Under the pieces are notes generated by a model. That model was not told the origin of the DNA, ran no database searches, and saw only the letters and a program-made list of their open reading frames with translations. The position numbers and the translations under genes are program-made. Shown piece by piece: positions 35,286 to 43,442 of a DNA stretch of 64,000 nucleotides (the first letter of the stretch is position 1; each line of letters opens with the position of its first letter). The stretch is taken from the NCBI GenBank assembly GCA_038065355.1, contig JBBTRC010000005.1, positions 30,530-94,529 of the forward strand. Reading direction: 5' to 3'. The stretch is from Patescibacteria group bacterium (lineage in GTDB: Bacteria > Patescibacteriota > Minisyncoccia > Phycocordibacterales > UBA918).

Positions 35286-36356
35286 TTAAGCGAACAAGGT
35301 AAGGAGAATAATGAGGAAAAACGCCGTCATAAAAAGCAGTGCGACCGTAAGAAAAAGCGTAGTCGGCGGTCCTGAACGGCGGCGGCGGTGAACTATTCTC
35401 GTGCTACCCTGCGTTAAATGAGCGAGTGTTCGGCTGATGTACATGCGTACAAAGATGAACGTCACGAGAAGCAGTACCGCGAGCACACCGAGAGCCGGAC
35501 CAATAATATGGAGGGGTAAAATCCAGAACGACACCGTGCTCGACATGGTCTTTTTGGCACCGACATCGCCATACGATGCGCTAAGGACAGCCTCATACCG
35601 GCCAAAACCGATGCTGTCGCCGGTCCATTGCGATGCGAATTCTTGTGACCGATGTGGAAACACCCCTCCTTGTGATTTGTTGAAATTTACAGTGTCAACT
35701 TTCTGCCCCAGCATGTTTTCAATTTCAATCAAGCCAATTGGTCGGACGAGTACGTTACCGACGTTTTCAATTTTTGCAGAAAAATCAACATTTTGCGAAC
35801 CGTAAAAGAATTTGTTGGTGGAAAACTGTCTAATACTTGCTTCTTCTACCACCTCGCCAGTGACGCGAATGCTGATGATATTGCCGACTTGGTAGCCGAC
35901 CGCCGCGCCGCTCTTTTCGATTTCTGGCGCATCCACAGAAATAAACACACTTCCAAAGTGACTGCCGGGGGACGCGTCTTCTGGTAGGTTGAGCTGAAAG
36001 GTAATTCTTTCACTGCCGCCGGCCGGAAGTGTAATAGACGAGACCGGCAACACGATCCAGTCGCTCAACTCCATTCCGGTCTCCTCTCCTTCGTCAGCAA
36101 ACACTGGCACACTACCGTCGCGAACGTCGGAAATGTTTCGGGTGAAGAGAAAGAAGGTTTGTTCGGAGTTGTTAAGGTTTTTTATGGTGACAGTGTGTTC
36201 TTCGTGTACTCCTGGATCCAGTGTCTCTTCAATCAGTGCCGGTTCGATGCTTACGCCAACCTGTTGAGCTGCAACCGACTGTGGCTGAAGAGTCCATACA
36301 AAAATAAAACAAAAAAAGACAAGCGTCGCTCGCCAACTAGAAAAATTTCCACTCAC
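35286..36356 (-). CDS. DUF916/DUF3324-like (WxL-interacting) membrane protein
   Basis: GVSIEPALIE..LDPG..VTIKN..LSDWI..PEDASPGSHFG..; IENVGNVLVRP; two C-terminal TMs. Confidence 0.7.
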   Translation of the reverse strand: MSGNFSSWRATLVFFCFIFVWTLQPQSVAAQQVGVSIEPALIEETLDPGVHEEHTVTIKNLNNSEQTFFLFTRNISDVRDGSVPVFADEGEETGMELSDWIVLPVSSITLPAGGSERITFQLNLPEDASPGSHFGSVFISVDAPEIEKSGAAVGYQVGNIISIRVTGEVVEEASIRQFSTNKFFYGSQNVDFSAKIENVGNVLVRPIGLIEIENMLGQKVDTVNFNKSQGGVFPHRSQEFASQWTGDSIGFGRYEAVLSASYGDVGAKKTMSSTVSFWILPLHIIGPALGVLAVLLLVTFIFVRMYISRTLAHLTQGSTRIVHRRRRSGPPTTLFLTVALLFMTAFFLIILLTLFA

Positions 36357-36435
36357 AGTGCCATAACATTAGGTATAACCCACCCATCATACCACCGCGC
36401 CTAAAAGCACTGTCGAGTTGTTCACGGTCCAGGTA

Positions 36436-36465
36436 CACAAAAACCTCCCGAGGGAGGTGTTTGTG
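36436..36465 (-). terminator. Terminator after subunit B
   Basis: CACAAAAACCTCCC-GA-GGGAGGTGTTTGTG. Confidence 0.7.
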
Positions 36466-36481
36466 CGTAGGAACTACTACG

Positions 36482-37636
36482 TTAGAAAGTTGGAGTGGCT
36501 ATGTAGGTGAGCGTGGTGTTGTAGTCGTCAGCTGCTTCTTGGAGGGCAGTGATTTCTATTTGATACAGCACGTCAGCTTGGCCTACGTTTTGCGTCGAGC
36601 CGTCGGCAGGTCCATTGTGGTGGAACACTTCTCGCGGTGTGGTTGAGGCGGCAATGAATTCATTGGCCCCAAATTCACCGGAGTAGAATCCGCCAACAGA
36701 GTTCAAGTCTCCATCGTTTGATGTGAGGCCCCAGTGACCCCAAGTGGTCTCGTCGTTGATGTTATTTGATGGGGAGTTCCAAGCAGTGCCCGTGTCTGAC
36801 ACATCGGAAGCTTCGTCAAAGTTGTCAATGATGGCGCCGTTTGAAGATTCAAGGTCGCCGTCAGATTCTATTGTCACTACGAAGCCGTTACGGGCATTGG
36901 TTGCGACATTGAGTCTTTGAGCGAGAGACTTGATCTGGTTGGCCGTAAGTACACCGAAGTCAATGAGGGTGGGTGAAGTTGAGCCGGTGGTTGAAGTACC
37001 GTTAACTGCGGTTGTAGTAGCAAGACCAGTAATAGTGAAGTCGAAGGTGGTATTGACGACCGCCGTGACCAGCACGTTATCGATTATTGCAATTCGAGTG
37101 CGACCCGTGTCTGAAGTCCCCGCGGTGATTACAAGTTCGTATGATCCAGCCACTGGATTTGTAAGCTCGGCGTTGCCGGCTACTTGCGAAGTTGCATTAA
37201 GACCGATTTCAATGGTAGTGGTGCCGTTGGCCGGGATTGAACCACCATCTCCAGCACAAAACGTAATAGTGAGAGTGGTACCGGAGAAGGCTGCGCTGGC
37301 ATCTTCAGCACCGGTGCAGTCAGCTGCCAGAGTGAAGTCTGAAGTGGTGGCAACGTCGATATCAGTGTGATCGACAGTACCGACCACAAACGGACCGTCT
37401 GAAAAGTCGACAGTAATCGTTTCACCGTTTGCGACACCAGTTGGGGTTGTAAACACAATGGTGTGATCTGAAGCAACGCTCACATCTGAGTCAGTGAGGG
37501 TGTCACTGACTTGTACTAAGTTAGCTGCTTGAGCAGTGTTGAGGTACACTCCGGCAGAGAAGAGTACCACTGCGCAGGCAACAAGTGTCGCGACCACCCG
37601 TTGCGAAATGCCAACGTGAGTTGGATTTGCGGACAT
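36482..37636 (-). CDS. Secreted two-domain WxL-like surface subunit (paralog B)
   Basis: Paralog of 3399..4556; ends DYNTTLTYIATPTF. Confidence 0.65.
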   Translation of the reverse strand: MSANPTHVGISQRVVATLVACAVVLFSAGVYLNTAQAANLVQVSDTLTDSDVSVASDHTIVFTTPTGVANGETITVDFSDGPFVVGTVDHTDIDVATTSDFTLAADCTGAEDASAAFSGTTLTITFCAGDGGSIPANGTTTIEIGLNATSQVAGNAELTNPVAGSYELVITAGTSDTGRTRIAIIDNVLVTAVVNTTFDFTITGLATTTAVNGTSTTGSTSPTLIDFGVLTANQIKSLAQRLNVATNARNGFVVTIESDGDLESSNGAIIDNFDEASDVSDTGTAWNSPSNNINDETTWGHWGLTSNDGDLNSVGGFYSGEFGANEFIAASTTPREVFHHNGPADGSTQNVGQADVLYQIEITALQEAADDYNTTLTYIATPTF

Positions 37637-37695
37637 GTTTTATTGATTATTGAATAAATAACTAATTGCTTCTGCGCGACAACTTGCGAAGCAGC

Positions 37696-37773
37696 TCGAT
37701 TGACGGTGGAGATATGAGAGCTTTTTTATGAAAAGATTCAGCCTGAAAAAAGTTCTTATATGTCGTCAATCGA
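37696..37773. promoter_or_regulatory. Long imperfect hairpin in the leader of subunit B
   Basis: TCGATTGACG...CGTCAATCGA outer stem plus ATATGAGAGCTTTTTT / AAAAAAGTTCTTATAT inner stem. Confidence 0.6.
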
Positions 37774-37933
37774 TCTTCCTTTATTTTACTTTGTCTTTAA
37801 AGTGCTGTCCTTAGTAGTGCTGTTGATAACCTTTTATCCGTGACTTTTGTTCCTTTTAAAAATCGTTTATTTATGGCCCAGCTACACTTTTTCGAAGACA
37901 CACTTGATATAAGACTTATGGTACACGTGTCTA

Positions 37934-39181
37934 TTAGTTAGCAGACACACGCGGGAGTTGTGACCAATTAGTAGTGTATGCCGGCGAACGAGTATCGGAG
38001 CGACTGTGCCACTCGCTCATTTTTAAATGATTGCCCATGGTGATAAGCGGCTTGCCAGCTTCTTTATTGAGTTTATCAATTACCACATCAAGCTCGGTCG
38101 TAGTAGCCGCTAGGTCAGTAAATAAGGGTTGTTGGTCAAAAGATTGAGGGACGAAGTGCGAAAAGAATACACCAGCTTTTTTGTAGGGAACGTTCGGTTG
38201 GAAATTTTTTTTGAGTAATTCATGTGTCACTTGTAGCAGTTCTTTCGTTTCGTTAGTGGGCACCTCGAGGTATTTCTCACCTGAAATACCCTGCAAAACA
38301 TAGTCGCTATAGCGGCTAGGCTGTACCGATACGCGCAGATGGCCCGCTCGCATGCACATAGCTCGTAGCTCTTCGGCGGCCTGACGAACATGATACGCCA
38401 CCGCATCAGCCACCACCTCATAGTTGGTCGTTGTCGCCTGGAATGAACGTGAGCTCATAAGGCTTTTTTGCGGTGTATGGATAACTGTCTCGTGGAGATT
38501 CACGGTTCCCAAAAGTTCAGCTCGTAGCCGCACGCCAAACACGCCGAATACCTGTTCGAGTTGGGCGGGATCAATGGCTAGAAAGTCTGCCGCTGTGTGC
38601 AGTCCAAGTTTTTGAAAAACCACCGTTGTCTGTCGGCCCACGCCCCAAAGATCCCGAAGCAACGTGCGAGCGCGTTCCTCTTCCCATCCTGCGTCGGTAA
38701 ACCACGTAACGCCGGTCGTTCGTTTTGCCACGCCATTTGCTAGTTTAGCCAGTGTCTTTGATCGTCCAACTCCAATTGACACCGGGATTCCAACCACCTG
38801 CTCTACTTTGTCCTTTATAGAGGAGGCGAACTGCATTACCTCGTCACTGTCGTTTATTAGAAAGAAGGCTTCGTCAACAGAATATTGTTCTACGGTATCT
38901 AACTTATCTTTCATTACCGTGAATACACGTTGTGAAATATCGCGATACAAAGCGAAATGTGAGGAAAATACTACTACGCTGTTGTCCTTTATTGTGTCTT
39001 TTACCTTGAAATAAGGGACACCCATCGGTATTCCCATGTCCTTTACTTCTTGAGAACGTGCCACCACACACCCGTCGTTAGACGATAGTACAATAACCGG
39101 CTTATCGTGAAGGTCAGGACGAAACAACCGCTCGCACGAGACAAAAAAATTATTGCAGTCCAGTACGCCAACGTATGTCAT
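37934..39181 (-). CDS. umuC: Y-family DNA polymerase V subunit UmuC
   Basis: LDCNNFFVSCER..VLSSNDGCVVARS; YSVDEAF; C-terminal W..RS...SPAYTTNW; likely ATG at 39181. Confidence 0.93.
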   Translation of the reverse strand: MTYVGVLDCNNFFVSCERLFRPDLHDKPVIVLSSNDGCVVARSQEVKDMGIPMGVPYFKVKDTIKDNSVVVFSSHFALYRDISQRVFTVMKDKLDTVEQYSVDEAFFLINDSDEVMQFASSIKDKVEQVVGIPVSIGVGRSKTLAKLANGVAKRTTGVTWFTDAGWEEERARTLLRDLWGVGRQTTVVFQKLGLHTAADFLAIDPAQLEQVFGVFGVRLRAELLGTVNLHETVIHTPQKSLMSSRSFQATTTNYEVVADAVAYHVRQAAEELRAMCMRAGHLRVSVQPSRYSDYVLQGISGEKYLEVPTNETKELLQVTHELLKKNFQPNVPYKKAGVFFSHFVPQSFDQQPLFTDLAATTTELDVVIDKLNKEAGKPLITMGNHLKMSEWHSRSDTRSPAYTTNWSQLPRVSAN

Positions 39182-39294
39182 GATCAAGTATATCATTTTA
39201 CTACTTTATTGCTTTTTATAGTTTTTGTGATATAGTACTAACGTCTGAGCGCTCTCCATTGTGGAGGCAGGATAGACATACGAAGGAGATGACA

Positions 39295-39864
39295 ATGGGT
39301 AGAATGACCGGCCGCGACATGGTTCGCGCGATGGGTGCGGGTATGGCGCTTCTTGATCTTCTTGAAAAGGAAATTACCAGCCAGAGCGGCGACTCAATAA
39401 TCCTTGCCTGGCTTACAAAATCACGTTTCAGAAAAAATCTGAAGAAGATAGTTTCAACCATGATTGAGTGTGATTGGAGGATTCGAGCTTCAGAGATGCG
39501 CCGACTGGCCGAAAAAAGCGCCCGGCTGAACTTCGCCAACTCGTCGCAAGCCGATCTTGAGTACTTTCGCCATTTCTATTGGGTTCCGGTTTTGATCGAC
39601 CTCGGCATTCCGTTTAAACGCTTTGACGGGCCGGCCGGCGATGAAGGTGACCCGAGACTGCCAAAAATGCTTGAAGCGCAGCTACGAGAAACGACGGCGA
39701 CACACCCCATCAGACTGACCTACCGTGGGAAAACCTATGTTGTGGTCAATTTTGATTACAATTACAGGAGTACTGGTTACCTGCAAGCTGGTGAACTAAT
39801 CGATGTTTCAGAAATAGTGCACATCTCCCTCGCTGAAGCCAGTTACTTTGACTTCGACAACTGA
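39295..39864 (+). CDS. Orphan hypothetical protein
   Basis: SD AAGGAG at 39283-39288; promoter TTGCTT-16-TATAGT; terminator at ~39893-39925. Confidence 0.7.
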   Translation: MGRMTGRDMVRAMGAGMALLDLLEKEITSQSGDSIILAWLTKSRFRKNLKKIVSTMIECDWRIRASEMRRLAEKSARLNFANSSQADLEYFRHFYWVPVLIDLGIPFKRFDGPAGDEGDPRLPKMLEAQLRETTATHPIRLTYRGKTYVVVNFDYNYRSTGYLQAGELIDVSEIVHISLAEASYFDFDN

Positions 39865-39892
39865 TCTTTCGGGCTTTTGCTCACAAAATAAT

Positions 39893-39925
39893 TGCCGCCG
39901 ACGGTTCCCGTCGGCGGCATTTTTT
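39893..39925 (+). terminator. Intrinsic terminator between convergent genes
   Basis: TGCCGCCGACGG-TTC-CCGTCGGCGGCA followed by TTTTT. Confidence 0.85.
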
Positions 39926-39951
39926 AAAGGGTTAATGCATTTTTGATTTCG

Positions 39952-41169
39952 TCAAAACAAATCCCAAAGTTCTTCGTCTTCCTCGCCGTCAATTTTAAAG
40001 ATAGCAGTGCCGCGCAGGTTATACTTGTCAACCAATTCTACTTTATCTGCAATCGCCGCCGCGTCACTCCACGTCACAAAGCGCACTGGTAGTTCAATCT
40101 CGGCGACAGTCGCCACAAGAAGCGCTTTGGCGGCAGCCTCATAGCCAAGCGGGGTACCGGTTGGCGTTGGCAACTGGTTAAAGATTTTCCATACTGAATC
40201 TTCCGGAAAATAACTTACCACTGCTTCGCCGCCCGCCGTCCGCCCAATTGGCACGCCATACTTCTGCACGATATTTAACACATCTTCATGGTTGAGAGTC
40301 GCGACCGGCGTGTAGTCACGATACCATTCTTTGGCCACAGTGATGTCCCAGGCGCGGCCATACGTCGGCACACCCAACATGACTTTATCATTATCAAAAT
40401 CTTCTAGTGCGAGATCTAAAACCTTCTCCACCCACTCGACATCCGCCACCGGCATGTACGGCACGCCCTTCCGCTCGTCATTGAGCTTCAGGTCGGCACG
40501 TTGCTGGTCGTACGCCATAATCTCAATCCAGTCACAATGACGATTGATGGCTCGGTAGTCATTTGAGTACTCGATTCTTTTTGGCACGTCGCGCCAGAGA
40601 GATTCGGGTGGGGTTCTGGCTTCGACGGTACAAGTAAGCACCGTCTTGCGCGGCAACGCATCGGCAAGCTCTTCCAAAAAGAGCGAGTAGTCGTCAATGG
40701 TTTCGGCCAAACGTGATTCGTAGTCAATGTTGATACCGTCAAAGTCGTTATTTTTGACTAAACGGACAATATCACGAATGTGGTCGTCTCTTTTCTCGTC
40801 ATCATGGAGCACTTCATGTATCGCATCGCCATCAAACCAAGAAATGGTGGGAATTACCTTTACATCCTCATCTCTGGCCTCATTCAATAAACGGCGCCAG
40901 TGCCGGTCACGCAAGTCGACTTTATTTACAATGTCCGCATCCGTCGATACTTCGTAGACAAACGGATACAAAATATCTAGTTCATCTATGTGTTTAAGGG
41001 CGCTTTTGGCACCGGATTCTTCGGCAAACCAAGGCACCCACGCCGCCACCTCGGCGGCGTGGGTTGTTCCGGGCACATTTGCCGACAAGAAGAGTATCAC
41101 CGCGATAGTTGATCGCACTAACAAAGCGTTATTGAACCTCATATTTGTAGTGACGCTGTACTCCCCCAT
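39952..41169 (-). CDS. Secreted glycoside hydrolase family 18 (YaaH/SleL-like)
   Basis: FDGINIDYE catalytic motif, IMAYD, KVMLGVPTYGRAW; signal peptide (start may be 41142). Confidence 0.88.
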   Translation of the reverse strand: MGEYSVTTNMRFNNALLVRSTIAVILFLSANVPGTTHAAEVAAWVPWFAEESGAKSALKHIDELDILYPFVYEVSTDADIVNKVDLRDRHWRRLLNEARDEDVKVIPTISWFDGDAIHEVLHDDEKRDDHIRDIVRLVKNNDFDGINIDYESRLAETIDDYSLFLEELADALPRKTVLTCTVEARTPPESLWRDVPKRIEYSNDYRAINRHCDWIEIMAYDQQRADLKLNDERKGVPYMPVADVEWVEKVLDLALEDFDNDKVMLGVPTYGRAWDITVAKEWYRDYTPVATLNHEDVLNIVQKYGVPIGRTAGGEAVVSYFPEDSVWKIFNQLPTPTGTPLGYEAAAKALLVATVAEIELPVRFVTWSDAAAIADKVELVDKYNLRGTAIFKIDGEEDEELWDLF

Positions 41170-41172
41170 ATC

Positions 41173-41637
41173 TTACGAAAATATCCGAACACTACCGGTC
41201 ACCACGCCCCAAATAAACACATCGTCAGCGTCGGCCACCATGATTGGCTTGTACCCAGCTTTGGCTGACACCAATGCCATGCTTCCTTCGTGTTTGAGGA
41301 GACGCTTTACCACTAATTCACCGTACACAGCCGCCACCACGATCTTGCCAATCGCAGGGTTAATCGATCGGTCAACAATCAAAATATCTCCGTCAAAAAT
41401 ACCGGCTTCTTCCATCGAATCGCCCGCGACACGAACAAAAAACGTAGCGGCCGGATTATCTATCAGCAGATCATTCAAATCAAGCGGTCGCTCGACAAGG
41501 TCATCGCCCGGAGTGGGAAAGCCGGCCGAGGGCCTGGTGGCGTACAGTGGAATGTTAGAAAAAGGCCCGTCTTTAGTTAATTTTTTTTCTGCGAGTGGCA
41601 GGGAAGTCGCACGTTTTTTCACTTCTGTAGTGTACAA
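41173..41637 (-). CDS. umuD: UmuD (S24 autoprotease subunit of Pol V)
   Basis: SAGFPTP cleavage site, GDSM serine, VVKRL lysine, IWGVVT. Confidence 0.92.
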   Translation of the reverse strand: MYTTEVKKRATSLPLAEKKLTKDGPFSNIPLYATRPSAGFPTPGDDLVERPLDLNDLLIDNPAATFFVRVAGDSMEEAGIFDGDILIVDRSINPAIGKIVVAAVYGELVVKRLLKHEGSMALVSAKAGYKPIMVADADDVFIWGVVTGSVRIFS

Positions 41638-41654
41638 AGAAACGGTGATTCAAG

Positions 41655-42731
41655 CTAGATGACAACCGCGCCGCCGGTGAGGAGTGAGTGGATAAACCAA
41701 AGCCCACCCATACCAAAAATAAGCAAGACGCCGTAGGCCGCCTGCGTAAAATGTAAACGTCGTGTTTCAACCGCCACCGAAATAACGAGTAGCAAGAACA
41801 CCAGGAGCGCTAGTCCCACATATATGCGCTGGAGTAATTTGTTTGGCTGTGTGGCAATGCCAGCTTTTGGCTTTGAGATTTCAGTGGGAGCCTCTTCTAC
41901 TACCGTCGCGACCGCCAGTCCAGAAGACGTAGCCATGAGTGCGGTTTCAACTACGATCACATCCAGAGTATCGGCTACTTCTTCACTGGCTTCGGCGGCT
42001 AAGACCGGCTCCGTGCTTGTGCTCTTAGGCTCAGTCACCGCAACGCTTTCTCCAAACGGCTCACTGTCGATGCCAGCTACGACCTCTGGCGCGGCTTCCG
42101 TTTCCGTATATACGACAGTGAGCGGTAACACTTCTGTCGGAGTAACACGAGGAGCGGTGGAAACAGCGACTGCTTCCGATACTGCTGGCAAAACGGCCGG
42201 CGTGCCAAATAGCTGTACGACGTACACCGTATCGTACCCGTCGAAGACGCCTTTGGCGGTGCCAACTCCGATTTCGGTGAATTGGCTGTTGACAATGTTT
42301 TCGCGGTGCTTTGGTGAATCCATCCACGCTTCAACGACTTCCGACGAGTCGGTAAAATGAATAGCGAGATTTTCGCCGGCATGCGCGTAGACATATCCTG
42401 CCTCATCAAACCAATGCCAAGGCGATACACCAGCTGGGCTGTAGTGCGCAAAGTATTGATGCTCTGCCATATCTTGCGCTTTTAAACGAGCGGCCTCATC
42501 TAAGACTGAATTGCGGTGCAATGGCCCCGCATGCTCGGCACTACGTTCTTCATTCGTGAGCTCAACAATGACCGCCGGTAGTACGGTCGAAACCAACCAG
42601 CGCGAAGACTGCCAGAGCTTGGCGTGAAGGTTCGCCGCCACAAACGTGAGTAGAATTAACGACACCATCAAAACCAGCGATACGCGCTGTAATGGATCGA
42701 GCGTGGTGTTTCGAAATCGAAACCATCTCAT
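41655..42731 (-). CDS. CAP (SCP-like) domain membrane protein
   Basis: LTNEER..KAQDMA..YFAH.SP..AGENLA..WMDSPKHRENI..YVVQLFG; two C-terminal TMs. Confidence 0.9.
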   Translation of the reverse strand: MRWFRFRNTTLDPLQRVSLVLMVSLILLTFVAANLHAKLWQSSRWLVSTVLPAVIVELTNEERSAEHAGPLHRNSVLDEAARLKAQDMAEHQYFAHYSPAGVSPWHWFDEAGYVYAHAGENLAIHFTDSSEVVEAWMDSPKHRENIVNSQFTEIGVGTAKGVFDGYDTVYVVQLFGTPAVLPAVSEAVAVSTAPRVTPTEVLPLTVVYTETEAAPEVVAGIDSEPFGESVAVTEPKSTSTEPVLAAEASEEVADTLDVIVVETALMATSSGLAVATVVEEAPTEISKPKAGIATQPNKLLQRIYVGLALLVFLLLVISVAVETRRLHFTQAAYGVLLIFGMGGLWFIHSLLTGGAVVI

Positions 42732-42803
42732 ATGATATATTTTATAATGTAATTGATATTTGTCAACATTAGCGAGGGGAATGTGTTCGGCGAGACCTCC
42801 CCC

Positions 42804-43442
42804 TTACTCCCCTGCCACAAGACGAGCGTAGACGACTCGATTGTGGCTGTAGCGGTCAGCGCTCCGGCTATATTGGCCGGAGCAAGTAATCAGGCGCAGG
42901 CCCGCATACTCAATATCACCATACACTTCAGCAGTCGGAAATGCCGACTGTGGATATACTTCTGACTTTTCTACCACAAACCGCGCTTCCCGACCGCCGC
43001 TTAATGTAATGAAAACTTCGTCACCCTCGGTCAGCTGACCAAGCGAGTAGAATACGGCCGGACCTCGATACGAATCCACGTGTCCCAGCACCACCGCCGG
43101 GCCGATGCTTCCCGGCACCGGACCATGCTGATACCAACCAACTGTGTCGAACATTTTTGGTACTTCAATTTCACCGTTGCTTCTAAGTCCGAGTGGTTCT
43201 TCAAACGCCGCCTCGACGCTAATTTTTGGAATACGAAGGCTGACTGGGAAAAGGTTCGGGTCAGTTTGGAGAGATGTGACCGTGCTACTAGCCGCAACCG
43301 GCAGTGGCGCCGGCACCGAGTTGGTTCCCCGCGGCCAAAAGTTGGCAATGAGAACCAGAGTCCCCATGACGGCAAAAACCACTCCGAGTTTGAAGTGGTC
43401 TTTGCGTAGATTTTTTGTAATGGTTTCTGCGAGATTAGGCAT
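42804..43442 (-). CDS. Class F sortase
   Basis: VGWY..GPVPG..GPAVVLGHVDS..AVF; LRLITCSG..NRVVYA. Confidence 0.9.
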   Translation of the reverse strand: MPNLAETITKNLRKDHFKLGVVFAVMGTLVLIANFWPRGTNSVPAPLPVAASSTVTSLQTDPNLFPVSLRIPKISVEAAFEEPLGLRSNGEIEVPKMFDTVGWYQHGPVPGSIGPAVVLGHVDSYRGPAVFYSLGQLTEGDEVFITLSGGREARFVVEKSEVYPQSAFPTAEVYGDIEYAGLRLITCSGQYSRSADRYSHNRVVYARLVAGE

